Shown piece by piece: positions 54,238 through 64,000 of a stretch of DNA of 64,000 nucleotides. Source of the stretch: an uncultured Rhodothermaceae bacterium. GTDB lineage: Bacteria; Bacteroidota; Rhodothermia; Rhodothermales; Bin80. Position numbers and translations under genes: made by a program. The notes under the pieces were generated by a model, which was not told the DNA's origin, ran no database searches, and worked only from the letters and a program-made list of their open reading frames with translations. The stretch is from positions 21,576 through 85,575 of the forward strand of contig CAZCYQ010000005.1 of NCBI GenBank assembly GCA_964503085.1, read 5' to 3'. The first letter of the stretch is position 1, and the number at the start of each line of letters is the position of its first letter.

Positions 54238-57024
54238 TCACTCCGGTAAGAGCGTTACCTGGACATATTGGTCGCGAAGCAGTGATTGTGCTGCTTCACG
54301 TAGATCTTTAGCTGTTAGTTCGTCAACGAGCATTTCATAGCGGTAAATATCAAGATAATCCTCGTTCGTGTTATCGAAATAAAACTGAATCTGGTCAAGC
54401 CAAAATCCGTTAGTCTCCAGACTGACCTCACGACTGCGGAGATGTTGGGCTTTGATGCGATCCAGGTAGGAGGTCAGATCAAGGCCGTGCTGAATCTGTG
54501 CAATATCGTCGAACACGGCCTGAATAAGCTCTTCCACGCGAGCGGGATCGCACCCAAAGAAGATGCTCAGCGTAAATTGGCCGTCAGGGAGACGGGTTGA
54601 ACCCGATTGTACAGATGCGCTGTAGATTCCAGACCGTTTTTCCCGTAACTCCTCACGCAGCCGAATGTCCAGTACATCAGAAAGCGCACGAAGGATGTAC
54701 CTGTTGGATCGTGTGTAGTCAAAATCGTCGTGAAAGATGATGGCTACCTGTGATTGAGGATCCTGTCCCTTGTAAACCTGGCGTATGACAGGGCCCTCTG
54801 GAAGATCCGCGGCTGTATCGCGCCAGGACTCTTCCCGGGAAGTTTGGGGTAATGCTCCCAGATACCGAGCTGCCAAATCACGCACCAACGTAGAATCCAT
54901 GTTGCCGACCAGAATGAAGGTGAAATCATCCATATCGGCAAAGCGATCCAGATAGATATCCAATGCATCCTCAGCGTTAAGGTCGTTGATTTGATCAATG
55001 CTTAACAGCTTGTAGCGAGGGTTGTCAGGATAGAAAGCAGTGAACAAGGTATCCTGGAATGCCGCCCCGGGCGTGTTAGTACGTCCCTCCAGTTGTGCGA
55101 GTTGGCTATTTTTGAAAGACTGGAGTGAAGAGTTGTCAATGCGGGGAGAGGTAGCGTATAGGTAGATCAACTGAAAAAGTGTTTCTATATCCTCGGGGGT
55201 AGAACGGCCTCTGAAGCCCTCAGAATAATCACCAATGAACGGCGATATCCGGACGAATTGACCCGCAAGCTTCCGGACCAGTTCCGACTGATTGAATGTA
55301 CCTACTCCACTACGTCCGACCAAGCCCGGAGCGACACTCGCGGTAAAATATTTGTCGTCATCTATTAGGGAACTCCCTCCAGGGCTGAATGCGGAAAGCA
55401 GGATCTCGTTGTTTCTGAAGGTGGTCGGTTTCAGAATGACCCGTATTCCATTATTGAGTGTGAGGATGTGGATCCCGAGTGTGTCGATTGCTGATTCATG
55501 GACGATGCGACCTCCGTGAGGTATTTCGTCAATAAGCGGGCGATCTGTGTTCTGATCTGCAAGTGGGACTGTTTTCCGGGACAGGGCATCTTCCAGGAGG
55601 ATAGCCAGTTCATCCTCCGTGGGAGGGGTAAGGTCCGCTACATCGGGCAGGGTGACAATCATTACGCGGGACTCAGGTGCAAGCTGCTCACGAACTGATG
55701 CATGCAGTTCCTCAAGAGTAATACGATCCATTAGGTCACGCACCAGACGTAGTTGAGTCTCTGCATGCATTACCGGACTTTTGTTCAAAAAATGGTTGAC
55801 CAACCGGGCGGCATATGTGCTGCTTGGCGTGTTCTCGTGATCATTGGCGGCACGCTCGTAGGCTCGCAGCAGGACGCTCTTCTGTCTATCAAGCTCACCT
55901 GTGGTAAAACCATGCTGCAGTATTCGTGCAGTCTCTTCTAGGAAGCCTCGGAAGCCGGAAGTTATGCTGTCTGGTGTCACCTGTGCAGCTAGGCTGTGCG
56001 TACGCAGAGGTCGGACAATGGAACCGGTAGTCAGCCGTCCCCACAGAAATGGTGAACGTGTGCCATCCCTGGCAATCTCTGCAAGGCGGCGGTTAAATAT
56101 TCCTCCAGTCAATCGTTCAACTAGATATCTCCGGTAATCCGCCTGTGTAAAGCGTGGTGCAGCAGGGCGCCGGTGCATGATTTCGAGTTGCACAGCGGAG
56201 ATTTCAGGGTCAGTTATGACCTTGTACACGGATTCCTTTGACAATGGGACGGCAAAGGTCGGACGATCATGTGTGGAAGTGGGGTGTTCCCAGTCCGCGA
56301 AATGTTCTTGGATGAATTCTCTTGCGGTATCGGCTGACAAATCCCCCACAACGATGATCGCCATAAGGTCTGGTCGGTACCATCGATGATAATATCTCCG
56401 AACAGCATCTGGAAGTCCCTCCTGTATAGATAGCGTATCTCCAATTGGGCGGCGCACTTCGTATTGTGAACCTTCGAGTAATACGGAGATAATCTGGTCA
56501 CGCGTGCGACCTGCAGCGCCACGGCCGCGGCGCCATTCTTCCAGTATCACGCCGCGTTCGGCATTGATTTCTTCGTCGGACATAGTCGCATGTTCAGCCC
56601 AGTCCCGAAGCACCGCAAATCCTGTTTCAACGACCTGCATGCTGTCCGTTGGCACCTCAAGCATGTAGACAGTCTCGTCGAAGGAGGTGTACGCGTTGAG
56701 ATCCGCCCCAAACCGCATGCCCACTTGTTCAAAGAACGAAACGAGCTCCTGCCGGGGAAACCGTGCTGTACCATTGAAGAGCATGTGCTCAACAAAGTGT
56801 GCGAATCCGCGTTGATCGTCCTCTTCAAGAATGCTACCCGCATTGACGACCATGCGTAACTGCACCCTGTTCTCGGGTTCGTTGTTTTCAAGAATGTAGT
56901 AGGTTAGTCCGTTGGCGAGCGTATCAATATGTATCCGGGGGTCCATCTGGAGGTGTTGCCCGTGTACACGAAGAACACATACGGTAATACTGAGAAAAAT
57001 TAGTAGACAGCGAACCCGTATCAT
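54238..57024 (-). CDS. M16 family (insulinase/pitrilysin-like) zinc peptidase, two-module
   Basis: 928-aa ORF with a signal peptide. The inverted zinc motif HFVEHMLFNGT (HxxEH) is present, and the length fits a fused active and inactive M16 pair. Confidence 0.85.
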   Translation of the reverse strand: MIRVRCLLIFLSITVCVLRVHGQHLQMDPRIHIDTLANGLTYYILENNEPENRVQLRMVVNAGSILEEDDQRGFAHFVEHMLFNGTARFPRQELVSFFEQVGMRFGADLNAYTSFDETVYMLEVPTDSMQVVETGFAVLRDWAEHATMSDEEINAERGVILEEWRRGRGAAGRTRDQIISVLLEGSQYEVRRPIGDTLSIQEGLPDAVRRYYHRWYRPDLMAIIVVGDLSADTAREFIQEHFADWEHPTSTHDRPTFAVPLSKESVYKVITDPEISAVQLEIMHRRPAAPRFTQADYRRYLVERLTGGIFNRRLAEIARDGTRSPFLWGRLTTGSIVRPLRTHSLAAQVTPDSITSGFRGFLEETARILQHGFTTGELDRQKSVLLRAYERAANDHENTPSSTYAARLVNHFLNKSPVMHAETQLRLVRDLMDRITLEELHASVREQLAPESRVMIVTLPDVADLTPPTEDELAILLEDALSRKTVPLADQNTDRPLIDEIPHGGRIVHESAIDTLGIHILTLNNGIRVILKPTTFRNNEILLSAFSPGGSSLIDDDKYFTASVAPGLVGRSGVGTFNQSELVRKLAGQFVRISPFIGDYSEGFRGRSTPEDIETLFQLIYLYATSPRIDNSSLQSFKNSQLAQLEGRTNTPGAAFQDTLFTAFYPDNPRYKLLSIDQINDLNAEDALDIYLDRFADMDDFTFILVGNMDSTLVRDLAARYLGALPQTSREESWRDTAADLPEGPVIRQVYKGQDPQSQVAIIFHDDFDYTRSNRYILRALSDVLDIRLREELREKRSGIYSASVQSGSTRLPDGQFTLSIFFGCDPARVEELIQAVFDDIAQIQHGLDLTSYLDRIKAQHLRSREVSLETNGFWLDQIQFYFDNTNEDYLDIYRYEMLVDELTAKDLREAAQSLLRDQYVQVTLLPE

Positions 57025-57059
57025 TGCATGGTGTGAATTGCATCTATCTCTCTAAGGTC

Positions 57060-58256
57060 ATGAAGACAAGACGGTTCCACTTTTCCCATAAATTGATTCT
57101 TCTGTTCACGCTCGTTATTTCCGCGTGCGGCGAGGATGTGCTGCTTACTTTTGAAACCACAGGCGGGGATAAACTACGCCCACTGGCTATTGTCACGTTT
57201 GCAGTCGATCTGGAGAGGGGGACCTATACGGCGCGCGACCACACGGGTAAGCGTGCAGACTTACAGGTGGATGGGGACGGCAGGGCTACGTTCCTGGTGA
57301 CACGAGCGTTGCCCGGTGCCACTACGAGATGGACAGTCAGATTGGAGCAGGATGCAACCCCAAAGATTGAGGCAGTCAGTAGAGGCGAAGCCGTTCTTAT
57401 CAGGGCTGATGGACGGGATGTGGTAGCATACCGTGCAGCAAAGGGCAGGGTACCCCGTGAAGATATACCGGATGTCTACAACCGGGATGGTTATCTGCAT
57501 CCGGTATGGACCCCCAGTGGCCGTGTAGTTACAGATGACTATCCTCCTGATCATATTCATCACCATGGCATTTGGGCGGCTTGGACGAATACAATCTTCC
57601 AGGGACGAACACCGGACTTCTGGAATATGGGGCGTGCTACCGGGCGTGTTGAGGTGGTGGCACTGGACAGTATATGGAGTGGAATCGTCCACGCAGGGTT
57701 GAATGCCCGCCATAGATATGTGGACATGATTCATGAAGAAGTCACAGCGCTGAATGAAGCCTGGCATGTGAAAGTGTACAGAACATCAACTGATGTAAAT
57801 ATTCTTGATCTTTCATTGACCCAGATAGCGGCAACCGACAGCGTACTTGTGCTCCCGGAGTACAGGTACGGTGGTGTTGGTGTTCGCGGACATAGGGATT
57901 GGGTCGGAGAGGAGGGGACAGAGTTCTTTACCTCTGAAGGGCTTACACGAGAAAATGGGCATGCTACGCGCGCGCGCTGGTGTCATATAGGTGGGATAGT
58001 AGATGGAGAGCGAGTGGGAATTGCTGTGCTCAGCCACCCAGATAATCACGAATCTCCCCAACCGATGCGGATTCATCCAACGGAGCCGTTCTTCAACTTT
58101 GCACCCACCCAGGCAGGTCAATTTGAAATTTCATCGAATGAGCATACGACTTGGAAGTATCGGTTTGTAACTTATGACGGTGCGTATGATCAGGACCTTC
58201 TTGATGCCTTATGGGCGGACTATGCCTATCCACTAACTGTGCATATCATTCGTTGA
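57060..58256 (+). CDS. PmoA-family (DUF6807) lipoprotein
   Basis: The ORF was trimmed to ATG 57060, where a lipobox signal begins (LILLFTLVISACG). YLHPVWTPSGRVVTDDYPPDHIHHHGIWAAW matches the family core. Confidence 0.65.
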   Translation: MKTRRFHFSHKLILLFTLVISACGEDVLLTFETTGGDKLRPLAIVTFAVDLERGTYTARDHTGKRADLQVDGDGRATFLVTRALPGATTRWTVRLEQDATPKIEAVSRGEAVLIRADGRDVVAYRAAKGRVPREDIPDVYNRDGYLHPVWTPSGRVVTDDYPPDHIHHHGIWAAWTNTIFQGRTPDFWNMGRATGRVEVVALDSIWSGIVHAGLNARHRYVDMIHEEVTALNEAWHVKVYRTSTDVNILDLSLTQIAATDSVLVLPEYRYGGVGVRGHRDWVGEEGTEFFTSEGLTRENGHATRARWCHIGGIVDGERVGIAVLSHPDNHESPQPMRIHPTEPFFNFAPTQAGQFEISSNEHTTWKYRFVTYDGAYDQDLLDALWADYAYPLTVHIIR

Positions 58257-58262
58257 CAGCTT

Positions 58263-59960
58263 ATGAATTACCATCAACAGCAGCAGTATGATGCCATAGT
58301 AGTTGGTTCGGGAATGTCTGGTGGATGGGCTATGATGGAGCTTTGTCGGCTTGGTCTAAAGACGCTGGTTCTTGAGCGTGGACGAATGGTGCGTCACGTC
58401 CTGGACTACATTACTGAACATAAGGCACCGTGGGAGCTTCCGCATCGGGGGCGTGTTCCTCCCGCTACGGTACGTGAAGAATACCCTGTACAAAGCAAGA
58501 CGTACGCATTCTCCGAGGCCACCCGTCATTTCTTTATGCGTGACTCGGAGCATCCGTACGTTCAGGACGAACCCTATACGTGGATACAGGCAAATGTGGT
58601 TGGTGGAAGATCATTAATGTGGGCCCGCCAGAGTTATCGACTGAGCCCCATGGATTTTGAGGCTAACCTAGTGGATGGTAATGGCGTGGATTGGCCGATT
58701 CGATATGCTGACTTGGCACCTTGGTATGATCATGTAGAAAGAACTATTGGCGTGAGTGGGCAGGCAGAAGGCTTATCACATCTGCCGGATGGGATATTCC
58801 AGAAGCCCATGTCCATGAACATAGTGGAGCGCGTGCTCAAGGAGCGTGTAGAAGCACGTTTTCCAGAGAGAACAGTCACAATAGGGCGGACTGCGACACT
58901 CACTGAAGCACTCGGGGATCGCGCTGCATGTCATTATTGCGGGCCGTGCGAGCGAGGTTGCTCTACCAGTTCATATTATAGCACCCTTAGTGTTGCACTC
59001 CCGAGAGCAAGGGAGACGGGGAATCTTACGCTGCGACCGAATAGTCTTGTTTGCGGTGTCAACTATGATGAAGCCACGAATAAGGCGACAGGAGTAGATG
59101 TGATTGATACGGAGTCGGGGGAGCGAATGACATTCACTGGGCGGCTGGTGTTTTTGTGTGCTTCCTCAATGAATACCGCTCGTATAATGCTTCTTTCGGT
59201 CAGTCGAAACTTTCCAGACGGTATCGCAAACACCAGTGGAGCGCTCGGCCATTACCTCATGGATCATCACTATCATGTAGGGGCTAATGCTTCGTTTGAT
59301 GGGTACACTGATCGGTATTATCAGGGGAATCGCCCGAACGGGATCTACATCCCCAGGTTTCGCAATCTGGGTCCAGAAACCCATCATCCTTCATTTGTAC
59401 GGGGGTATGGGTTTCAGGGGAGCGCCAGCCGACAGAGTTGGTCCCGTGGCAACAGTATGACCGGATTCGGGAGTGAGTTTAAGCACAGCCTGCGCGAGCC
59501 TGGCCGCTGGAGGTTGGGGCTGGGAGGTTTTGGTGAAACGTTGCCACGGTACGACAATTACTGCATGCTGGATCCCTCGGTGCTTGATCAGTGGGGGTTA
59601 CCCGTGCTTAAATTCCATGTGACCCGGGATGATAATGATCGGGCTATGCGAAAGGACATGATGGAGACTGCTGCAGAAATGCTGGAAGCAGGTGGAGCAA
59701 GAAATGTCTCTACCTACGACACATGGCAGGACGCTCCTGGGTTAGGCAATCACGAAATGGGCGCCGCCCGAATGGGGCGTGATCCTGCAACGAGCGTACT
59801 GAATGCCTATAATCAGTGTCACGATGTAAGTAATTTGTTTGTGACCGACGGTGCATGCATGACTTCGTCTGCATGCCAGAATCCATCCCTCACTTACATG
59901 GCACTAACTGCACGTGCGTGTGATTATGCCGTTCGGCAATTATCGGCCGGCTCGCTATAG
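58263..59960 (+). CDS. GMC family oxidoreductase
   Basis: The FAD-binding N-terminus reads YDAIVVGSGMSGGWA. The C-terminal motifs GNHEMGAARMG and LFVTDGA are present. Confidence 0.8.
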   Translation: MNYHQQQQYDAIVVGSGMSGGWAMMELCRLGLKTLVLERGRMVRHVLDYITEHKAPWELPHRGRVPPATVREEYPVQSKTYAFSEATRHFFMRDSEHPYVQDEPYTWIQANVVGGRSLMWARQSYRLSPMDFEANLVDGNGVDWPIRYADLAPWYDHVERTIGVSGQAEGLSHLPDGIFQKPMSMNIVERVLKERVEARFPERTVTIGRTATLTEALGDRAACHYCGPCERGCSTSSYYSTLSVALPRARETGNLTLRPNSLVCGVNYDEATNKATGVDVIDTESGERMTFTGRLVFLCASSMNTARIMLLSVSRNFPDGIANTSGALGHYLMDHHYHVGANASFDGYTDRYYQGNRPNGIYIPRFRNLGPETHHPSFVRGYGFQGSASRQSWSRGNSMTGFGSEFKHSLREPGRWRLGLGGFGETLPRYDNYCMLDPSVLDQWGLPVLKFHVTRDDNDRAMRKDMMETAAEMLEAGGARNVSTYDTWQDAPGLGNHEMGAARMGRDPATSVLNAYNQCHDVSNLFVTDGACMTSSACQNPSLTYMALTARACDYAVRQLSAGSL

Positions 59961-59978
59961 CTATAACAGTATTTGTAA

Positions 59979-60908
59979 ATGCCACATCCAACAGTGATTG
60001 CATGCATGTTGGCGGAGGATGATCTGGTAAGGCTCCGGGAGAAATGTACAGTCTGTGTAAGACCTATGGGGTCTCCGATTGGTGATGAGCATATCGAAGA
60101 TGTGTTAGCCATAGTTACTACTCCATATGATCAAATTACCCCCGAATTTCTTCAGAGAGCCCAGAATCTCAAACTGGTTGCACAGTTTGGAGCAGGAACC
60201 GACAATATCAACCTCGAGGCCGCCAAAGCACAGGGTGTTATAGTTACCCATACTCCTGGGATAACTGCAATATCAACCGCTGAATTGACCATGGCCCTGA
60301 TACTTTCACTGACACGTCGCCTGCCCGAAGCAGGATGTGTGCTTGGTGAAAGACCAGATGTGATGCCGCTAGGCATGGAGCTTGCCGGCAAGAAACTTGG
60401 TATTGTAGGCTTGGGACAAATAGGATCTGCAGTAGCGCGTCGGGCACATGCGTTTGGGATGAAGATCTTTTATCACAACCGAAATCCAGCCAACCCGACT
60501 GTTGAGCGCGAAACCATTGCGACGCTCTGCAGCCTGGCAGAACTGTTCACAATAAGTGATGTTGTAACACTACACTGCGACCTTAACCCGGACAGTCATC
60601 AACTGGTGGATGCGAAGGCCTTGTCTCTTATGAAAAGCACCGCAATTCTCATCAACACAGCACGTGCGGGGGTTGTGGACGAAATGGCATTAATACAGGC
60701 AATCACCTCAGGATACATAGGAGGTGCAGGCTTGGATGTGTTTGGTCCAAAGGTATTAGATATGCTTCGTAATCATCCGCGAGTTGTATTGACGCCACAC
60801 GCTGGAACAGCAACTTCGGAGACACGCACCGCTATGTCTAACTCGGTGGTTGAGTCTATTCTGAGTTTCCTCGACGAAGATGCTGATGTTCCAAATCGCA
60901 AGATTTGA
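59979..60908 (+). CDS. D-isomer-specific 2-hydroxyacid dehydrogenase (glyoxylate/hydroxypyruvate reductase-like)
   Basis: The NAD-binding site reads GIVGLGQIGSAVARRA, and the catalytic region includes INTARAG...E...LTPHAG. Confidence 0.8.
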   Translation: MPHPTVIACMLAEDDLVRLREKCTVCVRPMGSPIGDEHIEDVLAIVTTPYDQITPEFLQRAQNLKLVAQFGAGTDNINLEAAKAQGVIVTHTPGITAISTAELTMALILSLTRRLPEAGCVLGERPDVMPLGMELAGKKLGIVGLGQIGSAVARRAHAFGMKIFYHNRNPANPTVERETIATLCSLAELFTISDVVTLHCDLNPDSHQLVDAKALSLMKSTAILINTARAGVVDEMALIQAITSGYIGGAGLDVFGPKVLDMLRNHPRVVLTPHAGTATSETRTAMSNSVVESILSFLDEDADVPNRKI

Positions 60909-61326
60909 GGCATGTTTCCTGGCAAAGTTTTGTCTTGCGGTTCCGATCGTGTTGTTGCTTGGTGCAAAACCGGAGGTAGTCTGGGGGCAGGCAGATACCC
61001 TTAACTTGGTGGTTGTGCTGAATGGCCTTTCAGAAGGCAATGCAGATGTCTTGGTCGCCCATGCGGAGGATTACCTGGAGCTTGCCTTATTGGAGCAACC
61101 TCGACGGTACACGCGGTCACAGGCATTATATGTTCTTCGCGAGTTCTTCCGAGCGTATGCCCCCGCGGGATTTAGGCTGGATCGCAGCATGACACAGGAG
61201 GAAGAGTGGTGGCTCACCGGACGCTATACTGTTCTTGGCGAAGAGCAGACCCTCCGTTTTTATTTACGGTTTGGAGGCTCCTATCCAGCGTATAGGCTCA
61301 TGGCAATACAGGTAATTCGTACCTGA
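60886..61326 (+). CDS. DUF4783-like small secreted protein
   Basis: It has a signal-like N-terminus (MFQIARFEACFLAKFCLAVPIVLLLGA). The body ...YTRSQALYVLREFFRAYAPAGFRL...YTVLGEEQTLRFYLRF...YRLMAIQVIR fits the DUF4783 pattern. It overlaps the upstream gene by about 23-29 nt depending on the start. Confidence 0.5.
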   Translation: MFQIARFEACFLAKFCLAVPIVLLLGAKPEVVWGQADTLNLVVVLNGLSEGNADVLVAHAEDYLELALLEQPRRYTRSQALYVLREFFRAYAPAGFRLDRSMTQEEEWWLTGRYTVLGEEQTLRFYLRFGGSYPAYRLMAIQVIRT

Positions 61327-61334
61327 GGTGGGGC

Positions 61335-64000
61335 ATGCAGCAGCAACGAACATTTGTCGTGATAGCCGGGTTACTTTTGCTTATCGTTGGTTTTTCATGG
61401 ATCGGGCAACGGGTACATGTGCTATCTGTTGACCAGGGAGTGGACTTGCGTCAACGGGAAGCCGTAGCGGCTGCTGAAGAGTTGTTGCTGTCTGAGTTTG
61501 CTGCCACTCAAGAGGCAATGCAGGTCGTTGCAGCCGAAGCGGCAACCGTGGTTGATAGCCGAAACGTTTCATTCAGGCGCGTTCCAGACCCTTTGCTGAC
61601 CGAGGAGTTGACCCGCATCATCGTACCGGAACACGGGGCGCTGTCTATCTATGATATAGACATGCGATTGGTCGCATGGCGAGGAGAGAGTACTCCATTG
61701 GCCAAGGAAGGCATATTTGAACGCCCCCGGTGGAGCATCATACGGGACGATGATTGGCGTATCACGCTGGTTCTATGGGAGCCCCTGAATGCGGGAGATG
61801 CTGAAATTGGCAGTATCCGCGTGACTCAAAATCTATTTGTAAGAGCGCCTGTACGTAATTCCGTACTGGATAATTATGACATCACAGACATCTGGACCCG
61901 CCAGACTGGATTAGAGGTTCAGGTTGATTATGGAGGGGATCTCGGTGAGAACACGCTTCTGTCTGTAGACGGGAGCGTATTGGGGACATACACCGTGACT
62001 CCGCCGACCGAGGCTAAATTGATTGCTGCAACTGCTGCATTTTATGACAACCTGACGGCGGCGGGGATGGCGCTACTGGTTCTTTGGCTTGTCTGGGGTG
62101 TTTGGCGATGGTACTGGAGCGCTCCGAAGTTGTACAGCCTTATGACCTTTGTAGGTGTTCTGGGTTTGGGGCGTATCGCTTGGCTTTACTTGGAAGTACC
62201 GGCAAGGTATCAGATGGGTAAAGCTCCATTCAGTCCATTATTTGATCCAGTACATCTTGCCTCTACGGTAGGGGGTGGATTAATGCGCACGACGGGCGAT
62301 TTGTTTATTGGAGCGCTGTGTGTTTTGATTCTCGGGTTAGCAGTGCTTCGCTATGCTAACGCACACTCAAACCCGTCTACACAGCACGGAAGCAATGCCT
62401 GGATTCGTCTTGGAAGCGGTATTCTTTTGACACTTGTGTTAGCATTGATGCTGGCGGTGGTTGTGCAGGCAAGTGTTTTGGATTCTACACTCAGTTATAC
62501 AGGGCGCGCTGCACTTCTACCAAGCTCTCTGGAGTTAGTCGTATATATATCTCTCGTGCTCCTGACGCTGGGATCAGCACTCATAGCGATCAGTGTACTT
62601 CGCATGGGACTGGAGATGCGCCCTAGTCGTGTGTGCCTAGTTTCTCTGTGCACAGTTGCTGTCGGGATCGTTGTAACTCTGGAGTTGCTGCAGTGGGGCT
62701 CGTGGGTGGCCAGTCTAAGTTTATTGTCTGTCTGTCTGTACCTTGCAGCAAGGGCAGAAAGTGGAAGTATTTATGAGTGGCTCTCCCTGCGACGGGCTGT
62801 GCCAGCGGTTCTAGGTATCTGCCTATTGCTTTACCCCGCCTACTACGACAATCTGGACAAGCGTAAGCGGGACCGGGTTGCATATGCTGTCGAGACTTTT
62901 GATCGAGGGAGTGATCATGAGGTATCGCTGGCGGTACGCGAAGCTGTCGAAGAGGCATTTCAAAGACCGGAGTTGTACAGCGCATTGGTATCTGGTGATG
63001 ATATTGCCAGTGAAGTAGAGCAATTACTTGAGGGCACACTTCTTTCTTCACTAGGAGCATATGACGCCAGTCTGACCGTCCTCTCAACGAGTGGTGATGA
63101 GCTTTACAGTACTGGCAGCGTCTCCACCACAACATCTCCTGAAGCTACGAAGGCACTATGGGCACAGTTGAGAACTGGGATAGAACTGACCTCAAGCAAT
63201 TATGGATTTGTTGAGCCGCAATCACCGGGAGCCGCTCGGTATCAGTATGCAGGATTGGCTCCACTTGGAGCCGGATGGGTTCTTGTGCGGGCACAGCCTC
63301 ACATTGTGTCTGAAGAGGCCGATACCCCACTTCTGCGCGTGCTATTGTCGTCCGGTTATCTGGACCTGTACGAAGATTTATCGCTGGCTTCTTACAGTGA
63401 CGGGCAATTAACCCGTACGTTCGGCCGCCGATTTGCCAAGTATAGACTGGACCCTCAGATTGAAATAGAACTGGCCCGACAATCATCGCAATGGAAGCAG
63501 GAGTCAGTAGGAGGTGGTAGCACATATCTGACTTACTATCTTCGCAGAGGCAATCAGGTCGTAGCTGCCCGAATGACAACGGATGGTCCATTTGACCACC
63601 TCTACTACTTGCTTCGTTTGGTAGCCGGTGGATTACTCTTATGTATTCCGTTTTGCACGGTCGGATACATCTTGCAGTTAAGGGCCGGCCTTTTTCCGCG
63701 AAAGCGTGTACGTTACCAGGATAAAGTGATGAATGCATTCTTCCTGGTAGGTGTCATCGCGGTAATTCCAGTCGGTATTGCCGGATACAATGTTGTAACC
63801 GAGGAGAATGAAAAAGCGGTTCAAAGTTGGCTTCGACAGCATTTGGAGCGCGTTGAGTCTACGCTGGTACCGGAAAGAAGGCTGGGGGAAAATAACGTTG
63901 ATGCGTTGGCGCGCATCAATATCGACTCCTTAGCTGCCCGCGTTGGACTGGATTTGAATCTGTACCGTGGCACGGAGCTTATAGCTGCGAGTCGACGCCA
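61335..64000 (+). CDS. large polytopic membrane protein, probably the N-terminal sensor part of an NtrY-like histidine kinase (3' end lies outside the window)
   Basis: The frame is open from ATG 61335 to the window edge (888 codons, checked by hand for the first ~450 nt). It is not in the ORF track because it has no in-window stop. It has an N-terminal TM helix, a periplasmic-like region, and a block of at least 6 hydrophobic helices (about 62040-62800). A second extracytoplasmic region and further TM helices follow. The kinase assignment is inference from architecture and from the DUF4783 neighbour. Confidence 0.7.
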   Translation, partial: MQQQRTFVVIAGLLLLIVGFSWIGQRVHVLSVDQGVDLRQREAVAAAEELLLSEFAATQEAMQVVAAEAATVVDSRNVSFRRVPDPLLTEELTRIIVPEHGALSIYDIDMRLVAWRGESTPLAKEGIFERPRWSIIRDDDWRITLVLWEPLNAGDAEIGSIRVTQNLFVRAPVRNSVLDNYDITDIWTRQTGLEVQVDYGGDLGENTLLSVDGSVLGTYTVTPPTEAKLIAATAAFYDNLTAAGMALLVLWLVWGVWRWYWSAPKLYSLMTFVGVLGLGRIAWLYLEVPARYQMGKAPFSPLFDPVHLASTVGGGLMRTTGDLFIGALCVLILGLAVLRYANAHSNPSTQHGSNAWIRLGSGILLTLVLALMLAVVVQASVLDSTLSYTGRAALLPSSLELVVYISLVLLTLGSALIAISVLRMGLEMRPSRVCLVSLCTVAVGIVVTLELLQWGSWVASLSLLSVCLYLAARAESGSIYEWLSLRRAVPAVLGICLLLYPAYYDNLDKRKRDRVAYAVETFDRGSDHEVSLAVREAVEEAFQRPELYSALVSGDDIASEVEQLLEGTLLSSLGAYDASLTVLSTSGDELYSTGSVSTTTSPEATKALWAQLRTGIELTSSNYGFVEPQSPGAARYQYAGLAPLGAGWVLVRAQPHIVSEEADTPLLRVLLSSGYLDLYEDLSLASYSDGQLTRTFGRRFAKYRLDPQIEIELARQSSQWKQESVGGGSTYLTYYLRRGNQVVAARMTTDGPFDHLYYLLRLVAGGLLLCIPFCTVGYILQLRAGLFPRKRVRYQDKVMNAFFLVGVIAVIPVGIAGYNVVTEENEKAVQSWLRQHLERVESTLVPERRLGENNVDALARINIDSLAARVGLDLNLYRGTELIAASRR

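Noticed and set aside
62623-63738. Two large minus-strand ORFs (170 aa and 197 aa) listed in the track.
   Set aside because: They lie antisense to a continuous 888-codon plus-strand frame with clear TM-helix content. Their own translations are Cys/His/Arg/Pro-rich and lack any motif.

Overview
This is a 64 kb chromosomal window that most likely comes from an FCB-group bacterium (Bacteroidota, Rhodothermota or Balneolota-like). That placement is an inference from three proteins with NYPNPFNPST-type T9SS C-terminal sorting domains, a PorV/PorQ-like gene, and CarboxypepD_reg-type TonB-dependent receptors. Most of the window is densely packed housekeeping sequence. It carries a purA 3' end, tmk, Sua5/TsaC, tRNA-Phe and tRNA-Asp. 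It also has two translationally coupled chains, pyrC-ddl-murF and nrnA-like/pepA/pdxA, followed by an AGCS symporter, NhaC, an M16 peptidase, and a PmoA-family/GMC/2-hydroxyacid-dehydrogenase cluster. A large NtrY-like membrane sensor runs off the right edge. A four-gene envelope cluster occupies 26.4-35.3 kb: TonB receptor, a 1134-aa Ca-binding-repeat protein, PorV-like protein, and a T9SS-tagged amidase. Three stretches look accessory or decaying. (A) 14.2-19.4 kb holds a T5orf172 (GIY-YIG-like) membrane-anchored protein paired with a double topoisomerase-type zinc-ribbon protein. Next to it are a gene-poor AT-richer gap and a pair of 189-bp direct repeats (about 82% identical) bracketing a beta-propeller gene. 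(B) 38.2-39.6 kb holds a HicA/DUF1902 toxin-antitoxin pair. (C) 50.3-54.2 kb holds an ABC-type AAA ATPase translationally coupled to a DUF3226-like gene broken by two single-base homopolymer frameshifts. The same stretch contains an rve-type integrase relic, a small overlapping two-gene membrane module, and about 780 bp with no convincing ORF. Other points of note are a BacNav-type voltage-gated channel with a Ca-channel-like TIEGW selectivity filter and a decayed TonB-receptor N-terminal relic. No CRISPR array, rRNA or intact transposase was seen. All calls come from reading the translations by eye. No database search was run.
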